Below, in pieces: positions 20,982 through 33,449 of a DNA stretch of 64,000 nucleotides; position 1 is the first letter of the stretch; each line of letters starts with the position of its first letter. The notes under the pieces were generated by a model that was not told the DNA's origin, ran no database searches, and was given only the letters and a program-made list of their open reading frames with translations. The position numbers were made by a program, and so were the translations under genes. The DNA is from Alphaproteobacteria bacterium (GTDB lineage Bacteria > Pseudomonadota > Alphaproteobacteria > UBA828), in the NCBI GenBank assembly GCA_965237415.1, contig CBDEFM010000002.1:2592001-2656000 (forward strand), read 5' to 3'.

Positions 20982-22415
20982 ATGAGCCGCGAAACAGTCA
21001 CCGACGAGATCTTCTTCAATCGCGCAGGCCTCGACCGGCCGCGCACGGAGGGGATCGTTGCGGACGCCCTCCACGGCGCCGACGACGGCGAGCTTTTCCT
21101 GGAATACCGCCAGAGCGAGAGCTTCTCCTTCGACGACGGGCGCCTCAAGAACGCGAGCTTCGATACACGCCAGGGGTTTGGGCTGCGCGCGGTCTCCGGC
21201 GAAACCACGGCGTATGCCCATGCCGGCGAACTCGGTGAGGAGGCACTGAAGCGCGCGTCGGCCACCGTCCGCGCGGTGCGCAGTGGCCATGGCGGGGCCA
21301 TGGCGGATGCGCCGTCGCGAACCAACCGCTCGCTCTACGTCGAGGGCAACCCGCTAGACGGCACGCCCTTCGACGACAAGGTCGCGCTTCTGGCCGAGAT
21401 CGATGCCTATGCCAGGGCGAAGGAGCCCAGAGTACGCCAGGTGATGGCCTCGCTTCTCGGCGAATGGCAGGTGGTGGAAATCATCCGCGCCGACGGCAGC
21501 CGCGCTTCGGACGTGCGCCCGCTCGTGCGCCTCAACGTCGCCGTCATGGTGGGCGAGGGGGAACGTCAGGAGACCGGCTCCCAGGGTGTCGGCGGGCGCG
21601 CCGCCTACGACGCCTTCCTCACGCCCGAGCGCTGGCAGGCGCAGGTGGACGAGGCGCTCCGCCAGGCGCTGGTCAATCTCGACTCGGTTGCGACGCCCGC
21701 CGGCGAGATGCCGGTCGTGCTCGGCCCCGGCTGGCCCGGCATCCTGCTTCACGAGGCGATTGGCCACGGCCTCGAAGGCGACTTCAACCGCAAGAAAACC
21801 AGCGCTTTTTCCGGCCTTCTCGGCAAGAGGGTCGCCTCACCGGGGGTGACGGTGGTGGACGATGGCACCATCGACGACCGCCGCGGCTCGCTCACGGTCG
21901 ATGACGAGGGCACGCCCACCGGCCGCACCGTGCTGATCGAGGACGGCATCCTGCGCGGCTACCTGCAGGACCGCATGAACGCGCGCCTGATGGGCATGGA
22001 GCCGACTGGCAACGGCCGGCGCGAGAGCTATGCCCACGCGCCCATGCCGCGCATGACCAACACCTTCATGCTCGACGGCGCCGACGAGCCCGAAGAGATC
22101 ATCGGCCGGGTGAAGAAAGGCATCTACGCCAAGAACTTCAGTGGCGGCCAGGTGGACATCACGTCGGGCAAGTTCGTGTTTTCGGCGGCCGAGGCCTACC
22201 TGATCGAGGACGGCAAGACGACGGCGCCGCTCAAGGGCGCAAGCCTGATCGGCAACGGCCCCGATGTGCTCACCCGGGTCGCGGCCATCGGCAACGACTT
22301 CGCGCTGGATACCGGGATTGGCACCTGCGGCAAGAATGGCCAGGGCGTGCCGGTCGGCGTCGGCCTGCCGACCCTGCTCATCGACCCGATCACCGTGGGC
22401 GGCACCGACGCCTGA
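20982..22415 (+). CDS. tldD: Metalloprotease TldD
   Basis: LLHEAIGHGLEGDFNRK, PRMTNT, GTCGKNGQ; divergent from coxB as in many alphaproteobacteria. Confidence 0.95.
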   Translation: MSRETVTDEIFFNRAGLDRPRTEGIVADALHGADDGELFLEYRQSESFSFDDGRLKNASFDTRQGFGLRAVSGETTAYAHAGELGEEALKRASATVRAVRSGHGGAMADAPSRTNRSLYVEGNPLDGTPFDDKVALLAEIDAYARAKEPRVRQVMASLLGEWQVVEIIRADGSRASDVRPLVRLNVAVMVGEGERQETGSQGVGGRAAYDAFLTPERWQAQVDEALRQALVNLDSVATPAGEMPVVLGPGWPGILLHEAIGHGLEGDFNRKKTSAFSGLLGKRVASPGVTVVDDGTIDDRRGSLTVDDEGTPTGRTVLIEDGILRGYLQDRMNARLMGMEPTGNGRRESYAHAPMPRMTNTFMLDGADEPEEIIGRVKKGIYAKNFSGGQVDITSGKFVFSAAEAYLIEDGKTTAPLKGASLIGNGPDVLTRVAAIGNDFALDTGIGTCGKNGQGVPVGVGLPTLLIDPITVGGTDA

Positions 22416-22452
22416 GCGCCGCGCAGATCATAACCCCGGCGAGAAGTTCTGG

Positions 22453-23592
22453 TTAGTCCTTCAGATCCTCCCAGAGCTCCTTCACCTTGGAGAAGAAGCC
22501 CTCCGCCTCGGGGCTCGTGGGGCGGGAGCCGCCCTGCTCGTCGAACTGCTTGAGCAGCTCCTTCTGGCGCTTGGTGAGGTTGACCGGCGTTTCGACCGCG
22601 ACCTCGATATACATGTCGCCGTGACCGGCGCCCCGCAGTGCCGGCATGCCCTTGCCGCGCAGGCGAAACTGATGCCCTGACCGGGTACCCGCCGGCACCG
22701 TGACCCGCGCGCGGCTGCCGCCGACGGTTGGTACCTCCACCGTGCCGCCGAGTGTCGCGGTCGTCATCGGGATCGGCACGCGGCAGTGAATGTGCATCGC
22801 GTCGCGCTGGAAGATGCGGTGTGGCGTGACCGAGAGGAAGATGTAGAGATCGCCCGGCGGAGCCCCGCGAGCGCCGGCCTCGCCCTCGCCGGCGAGGCGG
22901 ATGCGGGTGCCGTCCTCGACGCCGGTGGGGATGTTCACCGCGAGCGATTTCTCCTTCTGCACGCGGCCCGCGCCGCGGCAGTCGGGGCAGGGATCGGCGA
23001 TGACCTGGCCCGCACCCTGGCAGGTGGGGCAGGTCCGCTCGATGGTGAAGAACCCCTGCTGCGCCCTCACCTTGCCGGCGCCGCCGCAGGTCCCGCACGC
23101 CGACGGCCGCGTGCCGGCACGGGCGCCGGAGCCATTGCAGGGCTCGCAGTTCACGGTGCCGGGGACGCGGATCGTTGCCTGCTTGCCGCTGTAGGCTTCC
23201 TCCAGCGAAATTTCCATGTTGTAGCGGAGATCCGCACCGCGCGCGGGCTGCCGCCGGCCACCCCGCCGCTGACCGCCGCCCATGAACTCGCCGAACAGAT
23301 CGTCGAACACGTCGGCGAAGCTGGTGCCGAAGTCGAAACCGCTCCCGCCGGGGCCGCCGCTCGCGCCGTCGAACGCGGCGTGGCCGAAGCGGTCGTAGGC
23401 CGCCCGCTTCTCCTTGTCGGAGAGCACGTGGTACGCCTCTGATATCTCCTTGAACTTATACTCGGCGGCCTTATCGTCCGGATTGCGGTCCGGATGGTAT
23501 TTCATCGCGAGCTTGCGATAGGCCTTTTTGAGGTCGTCCTCGCTGGCTTCGCGCGAGGCGCCGAGAAGATCGTAATAGTCGGCCCTGGCCAT
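22453..23592 (-). CDS. dnaJ: Chaperone DnaJ
   Basis: J domain HPD, G/F-rich region, four CxxCxGxG repeats. Confidence 0.98.
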   Translation of the reverse strand: MARADYYDLLGASREASEDDLKKAYRKLAMKYHPDRNPDDKAAEYKFKEISEAYHVLSDKEKRAAYDRFGHAAFDGASGGPGGSGFDFGTSFADVFDDLFGEFMGGGQRRGGRRQPARGADLRYNMEISLEEAYSGKQATIRVPGTVNCEPCNGSGARAGTRPSACGTCGGAGKVRAQQGFFTIERTCPTCQGAGQVIADPCPDCRGAGRVQKEKSLAVNIPTGVEDGTRIRLAGEGEAGARGAPPGDLYIFLSVTPHRIFQRDAMHIHCRVPIPMTTATLGGTVEVPTVGGSRARVTVPAGTRSGHQFRLRGKGMPALRGAGHGDMYIEVAVETPVNLTKRQKELLKQFDEQGGSRPTSPEAEGFFSKVKELWEDLKD

Positions 23593-23675
23593 GGGTCAGC
23601 GGCCCGCTCGAACATTGCCCATAGCCGACCGGCCGCCGACAGCCTCCGCACCCATGGGAGCCGTCCGCCCCGGGC

Positions 23676-25607
<1,932 letters not shown>

Positions 25608-25721
25608 GTCTCGTCCCTATCGTCAGCAGGCCCGAACGACCACGTCATGCATCGCTTCGGGCCCCATGTCTCGTGCCCCCGTCGGATTCCTCGCGACGGG
25701 CAATGGCCGGACCAATGCTCA

Positions 25722-25749
25722 ATATGGGTGCAGATTCGCGCGCTGCAAG
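25722..25749 (-). promoter_or_regulatory. RpoH (sigma32)-type promoter for dnaK
   Basis: Minus strand reads CTTG-N17-CCCATAT about 115 bp upstream of dnaK, matching the alphaproteobacterial RpoH consensus. Confidence 0.7.
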
Positions 25750-25774
25750 TGCCAAGTGCAGCATTCGCGCGGGC

Positions 25775-26500
25775 TCACGAGGCGTTATCCGCAGGCGTAT
25801 CGGCGCCCGCCGACCCGGTTTCAGACTCGGCCTCGGCATCGCCGCCGTCTGCCGGCGCGGTGCCGCCCTTGGCCACGCCCACCATCGCCTCGCGCAGAAG
25901 CCGCTCGCCGATCCTGTAGCCAGTCTGCAGCACCTGAACGATGGTGCCGTCCGGCTGGTCCGTCTCCGCCGTCTCGAACAGCGCCTGGTGCAGGTTATAG
26001 TCGAACTTCTCGCCCAGCGGGTCGATCTTGGTGATACCGAAGCGCCCCAGGACCGCCTCGAACTCCCTCGCCGTCATCTCGATGCCGTCTGCGATCACCT
26101 TCACCGCGTCATCGCTTTCGCGCCGCTCTGCGGGAATGCTCTCCAGCGCGCGGCCCAGATTGTCGGCGACGCCCAGCAGGTCCTGGGCAAAGCGCGAGAT
26201 CGCGTAGGTCCGCGCCTCCTCGACGTCCTTTCTGGCCCTGCGCCGCGCGTTTTCGGCATCGGCAAGGGCGCGCAGGAGCTGATCTTTGAGCGCCGCCTCT
26301 CCGCCTTCCGCCTCGTCCTCATCGGCGTCGGCGGCCGCGTCAGCGTCTTGCCCCTCTGCGTCGTCCGTCTCTGGCGCGCAGGCGCTGTCCTTGTCAGCGT
26401 CGTCTGTCCCGGTCGATTGGCTGGCCGCGCCCGCGTCGCCCTGCTCCGCGGGCACGTTGGCTTCCGTCTCCGGCTCGGCCCGTTCCGTCTCGTCCTGCAT
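25775..26500 (-). CDS. grpE: Nucleotide exchange factor GrpE
   Basis: LRALADAENARRR, FDYNLHQA, GYRIGERLLREAMVGV; ATG 26500 preceded by GAAGGAG. Confidence 0.95.
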   Translation of the reverse strand: MQDETERAEPETEANVPAEQGDAGAASQSTGTDDADKDSACAPETDDAEGQDADAAADADEDEAEGGEAALKDQLLRALADAENARRRARKDVEEARTYAISRFAQDLLGVADNLGRALESIPAERRESDDAVKVIADGIEMTAREFEAVLGRFGITKIDPLGEKFDYNLHQALFETAETDQPDGTIVQVLQTGYRIGERLLREAMVGVAKGGTAPADGGDAEAESETGSAGADTPADNAS

Positions 26501-26562
26501 TGTCTCCTTCGTCCCTTCTGGCGCTCCCCAGCCCTGGCGCCCCGAGCGCGACATGGCCTCGC

Positions 26563-27600
26563 TCAACCCAGCACCCGGCCGATGATCGCAGCGGTGTGAT
26601 CGACCATCGGGATAATGCGGCCGTAGTTGATCCGGGTCGGGCCGATCACGCCGATTGCCCCGATAAAGCGTGCGTCGGAATCGCGGTAAGGCGCGACGAT
26701 CATCGAGCAGCCGGCGGAGGCAAAGAGGCTGCTTTCCGCACCGATGAAGATCTGGACCCCTTCCGCACCTTCGGTGCTCTCCAAAAGCCGGATGAAGTCG
26801 CTCCGCTCGTCGAGGGCATCGAACAGCTCCCTGATCCGTTCGAGGTCTGCCATCGCAGTGACATCGTCGATCAGGTTGGCCCGGCCGCGCACGATGAGGC
26901 TGCCGTGCTCGCGCTGCCCGTTCGCCCATTCGGCGATCCCGGCTTCGACGACGCGGGCTGTCAGGCTGTCGAGCTGGGCCCGGTGCTCCTCGATCTCCGT
27001 GCGGATCTCCTCGCTGAGCTCGGCGAGCGTGCGGCCGGCAAGCCGCGCGTTCAGGTAATTCGTTGCACGGCTCAAGTGCGACTGGTTCATGCCGGGCGGC
27101 ACGTCGATGACACGGTTTTCGACGAGCCCGGTCTCCGTCACCATGACCGCGAGCGCGCGGCCGCTGCTGAGGCTCACGAACTCCACCTGGCGGCAGGGCA
27201 CGTCGGCCTTGGGCGCGAGCACCAGCCCGGCGCAGCCCGAGAGGCCCGAGAGCGCCTCGGTGGTCTCGGTCAGCATCTCCTCGACCGTGCGGCCCGCCGC
27301 CCGGCACTTCCCCTCGATGCTGGCGCGCTCGTCCTCGGTAAGACGGCCCAACTCGAGCAGCCCATCCACATAGATCCGCAAGCCCATCTGGGTCGGCAGC
27401 CGACCCGCGGAGACGTGCGGCGCATAGAGCAGGCCGGCTTCTTCCAGGTCGGCCATGACGTTCCGCACCGTGGCTGGCGACACCGGGGTGGAGAGCCGGC
27501 GCGAGAGCGTGCGCGAGCCCACCGGCTGCCCGGTCTCCATGAATTCCTCGACCAGGCGGCGGAGCACCTCCCGCGAGCGATCCGTCAGTTCGCGCAGCAC
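26563..27600 (-). CDS. hrcA: Heat-inducible transcription repressor HrcA
   Basis: PVGSRTL...SPATVRNVMADLE...PHVSAGRLPT and GVIGPTRINY. Confidence 0.96.
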   Translation of the reverse strand: MLRELTDRSREVLRRLVEEFMETGQPVGSRTLSRRLSTPVSPATVRNVMADLEEAGLLYAPHVSAGRLPTQMGLRIYVDGLLELGRLTEDERASIEGKCRAAGRTVEEMLTETTEALSGLSGCAGLVLAPKADVPCRQVEFVSLSSGRALAVMVTETGLVENRVIDVPPGMNQSHLSRATNYLNARLAGRTLAELSEEIRTEIEEHRAQLDSLTARVVEAGIAEWANGQREHGSLIVRGRANLIDDVTAMADLERIRELFDALDERSDFIRLLESTEGAEGVQIFIGAESSLFASAGCSMIVAPYRDSDARFIGAIGVIGPTRINYGRIIPMVDHTAAIIGRVLG

Positions 27601-28110
27601 CGTGCGATCCCGTTCTGTGATGGGCGGCCTGAATGTAGTGAGCGCCCCGGTGAGCGTCAACGCCGGCACCTGCACTGAATTTCGCGGCTGCGGGCGTCGA
27701 TAGGGACCAGATGCATAACAGCAAAGGCATGGCGGAATGGACGCTCGGCATTGGGCGCGGCATTGTATTGGGCGGCCGAACGCTCTATGTTAGCGGTGCG
27801 AAACTGCTAATGGACGGGCCGCGCCGAATCGCTCGCATAGCGAATGCGAGGACGGCGGTCCCCGGCACAAACGCCGGGTGGCAGCGGATGCGTCCAGTGA
27901 TTCCGCACCTCGAAACCATGGAACGAGTCCGATGCGGCAGCCGCCTACCATCGAACCGACCGGCCCCGCCGTGAAGCGGTCCGTCGCAAGACGAGACCGG
28001 CACGCGCTGGCCGGCGGACCCTGTTCGGCGCGGCGCCGCATCGCGTTCCCGCGGATGCGCTCAGCGGGGGCAGAGACCCCCGCGCGCTCCCGGACGGAGA
28101 AAATACAAGA

Positions 28111-30756
28111 ATGGCCAAACGTATGCTCATCGATGCCAGCCACGCGGAAGAAACCCGCGTGGTCGTGGCGGACGGAACGCGACTAGAAGAGTTCGACTTC
28201 GAATCGGCTGCACGGAAGCAGCTCAAGGGAAATGTCTACCTAGCCAAGGTCATGCGCGTGGAGCCCTCGCTCCAGGCGGCATTCGTCGACTATGGCGGCA
28301 ATCGCCACGGCTTCCTGCCCTTCAACGAAATCCACCCCGACTACTACCAAATCCCGGTTGAAGACCGGGAGGCGCTTTACGCCGAGACGGCGGAAGCGGT
28401 CGACGACACCGACGAGACCGCCGCCGCTCAGCCGGCGGCCGCGGAGGACGACGAGACTGAAAGCGAGGCTGCGGCCGAAGACGAATCTCAGCCAGAGCCG
28501 ACGGACGCCATCGAGACTGCGGACGCGGCGGCCGAGGAAAACAGTGCGCCGGGGGACGTGGCGGCGGCCGCCGGCAACGACGGCAGCACCGGCGACGGAG
28601 CCACCGGGGGCAACCGCACCGGCAATGGCGACGGCAGCGATGTCGAGGTCATGGGCGGCGATGACATGGACGACCTGGAGCGCCGCCGGCTCCAGGCCAG
28701 CCGCTCCCTGCTGAGCCGCCGTTATCACATCCAGGAGGTGATCAAGAAGCGCCAGATCCTGTTGGTGCAGGTGGTCAAGGAGGAACGCGGCAACAAGGGC
28801 GCCGCGCTCACCACCTACCTCTCGCTCGCCGGGCGCTACATCGTGCTCATGCCCAATGCGATCCGGGGCGGAGGCATCTCGCGCAAGATCGTCAACGCCG
28901 ACGACCGCCGGCGCCTCAAGAAGATCATGAACGACCTCGATATCCCGGCGCGCATGGCGGTCATCGTGCGGACCGCCGGCCTTTCGCGCTCGAAGACCGA
29001 GATCAAGCGCGATCTGGAATACCTGCTGCGCCGCTGGCAGAACATCCGCGATCTCACGATGGAATCGACGGCACCCTGCGTGATCAACGAGGAGGCAAAC
29101 CTGATCCGCCGTTCGATCCGCGACCTCTACACGCGCGATATCGAGCAGATCCTGATCGAGGGAGACGAGGGCTACAAGACCGCCAAGACGTTCATGAAGA
29201 CCATGATCCCGAGCCACGCCGCGCGGGTAAAACCCTATCGGGACCGGATTCCGCTCTTCGTCCGCTATCAGATCGAGAGCCAGCTCGATGCCATGTACGG
29301 ACCGGAGCTCCAGCTCAAATCAGGCGGATACCTGGTCATCGACCCGACCGAGGCGCTGGTGGCCATCGACGTGAATTCGGGGCGGGCCACCAAGGAGCGC
29401 ACGATCGAGGAGACCGCGCTCAGGACCAATCTGGAAGCGGCGGAGGAGATCGCGCGCCAGCTCCGGCTGCGCGACCTCGCCGGGCTGATCGTCATCGACT
29501 TCATCGACATGGACGAGAACCGCAACCAGCGGGCGGTGGAACGCAAGCTCAAGGAGGCGATGCGGATTGACCGCGCGCGCATCCGCATGGGCCGGATCAG
29601 CCCCTTCGGGTTGATGGAACTCTCGCGCCAGCGGCTGCGCCCGAGCCTGGTGGAAGCGAGCATGGAACGCTGCGTGAGTTGCGGCGGCACAGGGGTCCGG
29701 CGCTCGGTGGAATCGTCTGCGGTCCATGCGCTCCGAGCCATCGAGGAAGAAGGGCTGCAAGGGCGGAGCGCCGAGATCCAGCTGCGTGTGCCGGCTGCCG
29801 TCGGCCTCTACATCCTCAACCGCAAGCGCCAGATGCTGGAGGAGATCGAGCAGCGCTACGATTTTGCCGTCAGCTTCGAGCAGGACGACAGTCTCGTGCC
29901 GCCGAGCTATGCAATCGAGCGGATCACGGCCCGGACAGCACCCATTGAACAGCCTGCCGAGGAGGAGACGAGCGAGGCGGACCAGCCCGACGGCGAGGCC
30001 AAGGCGGAAACTGCGGAGCCCGCCAAGCGGCGCCGGCGCCGGCGGCGCAAGCCACGTGGCGAGGCCACGGAGGGAACCGCCGCCGAGGCCGTAGCCACCG
30101 CAGCCACTGCAGAACCCGCTGAGTCGGCTCAAGCCGAAGGCGAGGCAGACGACAAGACGGAGGACACGGCCGTCGCAGCGGAAGGCAAGGCCGAGGATGC
30201 CCCCCGTGCCAAGCGCAGGCGTCGCGGCCGGCGAGGCGGGCGCAGCCGCACGGCGAAGCAGCAGGAGCAGCAGGACGCGCCAAGCGAAACCCCAAGCGAG
30301 GCCGCAGCCGAAGAGGCTGAAGCGCCGGCCCTCGCGGCAGAGGGAGACGCTGCGCCCGCGACGGCACCCGACAGCGAGCCGGTGGCGACGCCTCCAGGCC
30401 TCGCCACCGATGGCGCGACCGACCCGACGGATGGTGCGACCGGCGTCGCCGCAGACGAAGCGGAGTCGCCGCCCGCCCCGAAGCCTTCGCCCGAGCCGCC
30501 GGTTACGACTGAGCTACCGGCCGTCGAGGCCGCGCAGGCGAGCGTCGACGCTGCAGAGGCACCGAGCCAGGCCGGACCGGTAATAGCTGATCAACACGAG
30601 GCCTCCCCGGTCGACGACGGCGAAGATCAGGCCGACGCCGCCCCAATCGACGGGGACGAAGAAGCGCTTGCCGACGAGACAGCGCCGGCGCTCTTGCCGG
30701 ACGACCGGCCCCGGCGCCGCGGCTGGTGGCAGCGGATCGCTTCATCGTCGCGATAG
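28111..30756 (+). CDS. rne: Ribonuclease E
   Basis: MLIDASHAEETRV, S1 domain with acidic insert, IDVNSG, DFIDM, CxxCxG zinc link, long disordered C-terminus ending RRRGWWQR. Confidence 0.96.
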   Translation: MAKRMLIDASHAEETRVVVADGTRLEEFDFESAARKQLKGNVYLAKVMRVEPSLQAAFVDYGGNRHGFLPFNEIHPDYYQIPVEDREALYAETAEAVDDTDETAAAQPAAAEDDETESEAAAEDESQPEPTDAIETADAAAEENSAPGDVAAAAGNDGSTGDGATGGNRTGNGDGSDVEVMGGDDMDDLERRRLQASRSLLSRRYHIQEVIKKRQILLVQVVKEERGNKGAALTTYLSLAGRYIVLMPNAIRGGGISRKIVNADDRRRLKKIMNDLDIPARMAVIVRTAGLSRSKTEIKRDLEYLLRRWQNIRDLTMESTAPCVINEEANLIRRSIRDLYTRDIEQILIEGDEGYKTAKTFMKTMIPSHAARVKPYRDRIPLFVRYQIESQLDAMYGPELQLKSGGYLVIDPTEALVAIDVNSGRATKERTIEETALRTNLEAAEEIARQLRLRDLAGLIVIDFIDMDENRNQRAVERKLKEAMRIDRARIRMGRISPFGLMELSRQRLRPSLVEASMERCVSCGGTGVRRSVESSAVHALRAIEEEGLQGRSAEIQLRVPAAVGLYILNRKRQMLEEIEQRYDFAVSFEQDDSLVPPSYAIERITARTAPIEQPAEEETSEADQPDGEAKAETAEPAKRRRRRRRKPRGEATEGTAAEAVATAATAEPAESAQAEGEADDKTEDTAVAAEGKAEDAPRAKRRRRGRRGGRSRTAKQQEQQDAPSETPSEAAAEEAEAPALAAEGDAAPATAPDSEPVATPPGLATDGATDPTDGATGVAADEAESPPAPKPSPEPPVTTELPAVEAAQASVDAAEAPSQAGPVIADQHEASPVDDGEDQADAAPIDGDEEALADETAPALLPDDRPRRRGWWQRIASSSR

Positions 30757-30807
30757 CTGGCGCGGAAATTCCGCCCGGCCGCCGCCGAGCGGCTCGGGCG
30801 GCTCGGC

Positions 30808-31959
30808 TCAGCCGGTTGGCGTGAGCCAGCGCTCGAGGGCGGCGCAGGCGCCCTCCACCTCCTCCGTCGCACCGGCATAGGAGAAGCGGACGAAGGCCCG
30901 GCCGCGTTCAGTGTCGAAGTCGATGCCGGTGGTCGCCGCGACCCCGCACTCGGCCAACATGCGCTGGCAGAAGGCCTCGCTGTCGCAGGTCAGGCCCGAG
31001 ACGTCGGCATAGGCGTAGAAGGCCCCGTCGCAGGGTGCGAGCGCGCCGAAACCGGCGGCCGGAAGCGCCCGCTGGACGATGCCGCGGTTGCGGGCGTAAC
31101 GCGCCACGTTGGCCTCCAGCTCGTCCTGGCAGTCGAACGCGACGAGCGCGGCCCGCTGCGAAAGGGCCGGCGGCGAGATGAAGAGGTTTTGCGTCAGCCG
31201 CTCCACCGCCCGCGCGAGGTCGTCGGGCACGACCATCCAGCCGAGCCGCCAGCCGGTCATCGCGAAATATTTCGAGAAGCCGTTGATCACGACCGCGCTT
31301 TCGGAGAAGGCGGCGACGCTGGCCGCCGGCTCGCCATAGGTGATGCCGTGGTAGATTTCGTCCGAGACCACCCGGATTCCCCGGCCGTCGCAGAACGCCG
31401 CAACCGCTTCTAGCGTGCGCCTGGGCAGCATGGTCCCGGTCGGGTTCGATGGGCTCGCGACGATCAGGCCCTGGATCGGCTGCTCCAGCGCTTCCAGCAT
31501 CGCCACGGTGGGCTGAAAGCGGGTCTCCGCCGTGGTCGGGAGCAGCACCGGCTCAAGCCCGAGCGCCTTTAGCGTGTTGCGGTAGGCGGGATAGCCGGGA
31601 TTGGCGAGCGCCACCCGGTCGCCGACGTCGAAGGCGGCGAGGAAAGCGAGAATGAGCCCGGCTGAGGCGCCGGTCGTGACCACGATACGCTCAACCGGCG
31701 GGGCGAAGCCGTAGCGTTCTTCATAGTAGACGGCGATGCGCTCGCGCAGCGGCAGCACGCCATGGGCCTCGGTGTAGCCGATCTTTTCGGCGGCCAAGAC
31801 CGCCTGCGCCGCGTCGAGAACGGGCTTGGGCGCGCCCGAGCCCGGCTCCCCGGTCTCCATGTGGAAGACACGCGCGCCTTCCGCCGCGCGCGCTGTCGCG
31901 GCCTTGAGAATTTCCATCGCGAAGAAGGGCGCGACCGCCGCGCGCCGGGATGCCGCCAT
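30808..31959 (-). CDS. PLP-dependent aminotransferase, class I/II
   Basis: SPSNPTG, SDEIYHG, GFSKYFAMTGWRLGW. Confidence 0.92.
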   Translation of the reverse strand: MAASRRAAVAPFFAMEILKAATARAAEGARVFHMETGEPGSGAPKPVLDAAQAVLAAEKIGYTEAHGVLPLRERIAVYYEERYGFAPPVERIVVTTGASAGLILAFLAAFDVGDRVALANPGYPAYRNTLKALGLEPVLLPTTAETRFQPTVAMLEALEQPIQGLIVASPSNPTGTMLPRRTLEAVAAFCDGRGIRVVSDEIYHGITYGEPAASVAAFSESAVVINGFSKYFAMTGWRLGWMVVPDDLARAVERLTQNLFISPPALSQRAALVAFDCQDELEANVARYARNRGIVQRALPAAGFGALAPCDGAFYAYADVSGLTCDSEAFCQRMLAECGVAATTGIDFDTERGRAFVRFSYAGATEEVEGACAALERWLTPTG

Positions 31960-32074
31960 CGCCGTACCTTAGAGCGCCGCGAGCGGCACAAGCACCGCGA
32001 TGACGTGAAGGGTCGACCATTGACGGAGGCGCGCAAGCGGCATATCCAGACGCGAACCCCTCGGATTGTGAGCG

Positions 32075-33433
32075 TTGGCCATCCGCCTTGCACGCGCCGC
32101 TGCGTTCGCCTGCGTAACGCTCGCCTTGATCCTGGCGGCAGCGGCGCCGGCGAGGCCGCAGGGTATGTCGCTCATTCGCGACGCCGAGATCGAAGATACC
32201 ATCCGCGACTATGCCGCGCCACTGCTGGAGGCTGCGGGCCTCGGTGACGGCGCGGTCAAGCTGCATATCGTCAACGATCCCAACATCAACGCCTTCGTCG
32301 CCGGCGGCCCCAATCTCTTCCTGAGCAGCGGCATGCTGGCCGCCGCCGAGGACCCCGGCGAGATCATCGGTGTGCTCGCGCACGAGACCGGCCACATCGC
32401 CGGCGGCCACCTGGTGCGTACACGGGACGCATTGGAGAACGCGTCGGCCGAGATGATCCTTGCGACGGTCCTCGCAGCCGGCGCCATCATCGCCGGCGAG
32501 GGCGAGGTGGGAAGCGTGATCGTGAGCGGCGGCCAGGCGATGGCGCAGCAGTCGTTCCTTCGCTACAGCCGGGCGCAGGAGGAAAGTGCAGACCAGGCCG
32601 CCATCCGCCTCCTCGATAGCACCGGGCAGTCCGCCGCGGGCCTCCTGCGCATGTTCCAGAGGCTTGAGGAGCGCGAGCGGTTCTCTATCGGTGAGGTGAA
32701 CAGCTATGCGCGCACCCACCCGCTCACGCGCGAGCGAATCCGCTTCGTCCGCGACCGCGTGGCGGGGGAGAACCGGGTCGGGGACGCAACGCCGGACGGG
32801 GTACGGGTCGCCCACCGCCGGATGGTGGCGAAGCTCAAGGGATTCCTCGATCCGCCGGAGGAGACGTTCCGTGCCTATCCGGCCGAAGACGAATCGACCG
32901 AAGCGCGCTACGCCCGCGCGATCGCCTACTACCGCATCCCAGACCTGGAACGCGCGCTCGCAGCGCTCGATGCCCTGCTCGCGGACCACCCCGACGATCC
33001 CTGGTTCCACGAGCTCAAGGGGCAGATTCTCTTCGAGAACGGCCGTGTCAGGGAGGCGATCGCGCCCTACAGCCGCGCGGTGGCGCTAAAGGAAGACGCC
33101 GCGCTGCTGCGCCTCGGCCTTGCCCGCGCGCTGATCGAGACCGGCGATGCCGCGCTGATCGCACATGCCGTAGAGAACCTGGAGGCGGCGAGCCGGCTGG
33201 AGCCGAAGGAGCCCCAGCACTGGTATCAGCTGGGCATCGCCCGCGGCCATGCAGGCGAGCGCGCTGCCTCCTCCCTCGCGTTTGCCGAGGCCGCCTATCT
33301 GCGGGGCGACGCCGATAAGGCGCGATACCATGCGACCATCGCTGCGGAAGGCCTACCCCACGGCAGCGCGCGCTGGCTGAGGGCGGAGGATATTCGCAAC
33401 GCCGCCGAACAGGCCATGAAGGGGCGGCGGTAA
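32075..33433 (+). CDS. Exported M48 metalloprotease with TPR repeats (BepA/YfgC-like)
   Basis: Signal peptide, INAFV, LAHETGH (HExxH), YSRAQEESAD, THP and C-terminal TPR-like helices. Confidence 0.9.
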   Translation: MAIRLARAAAFACVTLALILAAAAPARPQGMSLIRDAEIEDTIRDYAAPLLEAAGLGDGAVKLHIVNDPNINAFVAGGPNLFLSSGMLAAAEDPGEIIGVLAHETGHIAGGHLVRTRDALENASAEMILATVLAAGAIIAGEGEVGSVIVSGGQAMAQQSFLRYSRAQEESADQAAIRLLDSTGQSAAGLLRMFQRLEERERFSIGEVNSYARTHPLTRERIRFVRDRVAGENRVGDATPDGVRVAHRRMVAKLKGFLDPPEETFRAYPAEDESTEARYARAIAYYRIPDLERALAALDALLADHPDDPWFHELKGQILFENGRVREAIAPYSRAVALKEDAALLRLGLARALIETGDAALIAHAVENLEAASRLEPKEPQHWYQLGIARGHAGERAASSLAFAEAAYLRGDADKARYHATIAAEGLPHGSARWLRAEDIRNAAEQAMKGRR

Positions 33434-33449
33434 ACGCCGGTAGCGTCCC

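Noticed and set aside
25775-27763. Apparent 662-aa GrpE with a long N-terminal extension
   Set aside because: The extension is an alternate frame over hrcA; a good RBS and ATG at 26500 give a normal GrpE.
27790-27810. TTAGC-N11-GCTAA as a CIRCE element upstream of hrcA
   Set aside because: Only the outer 5 bp match and the length is 21 bp instead of 27.
30784-30807. GCCGAGC/GCTCGGC hairpin between rne and the aminotransferase as a terminator
   Set aside because: Short stem without a U-tract on either strand; too weak to call.
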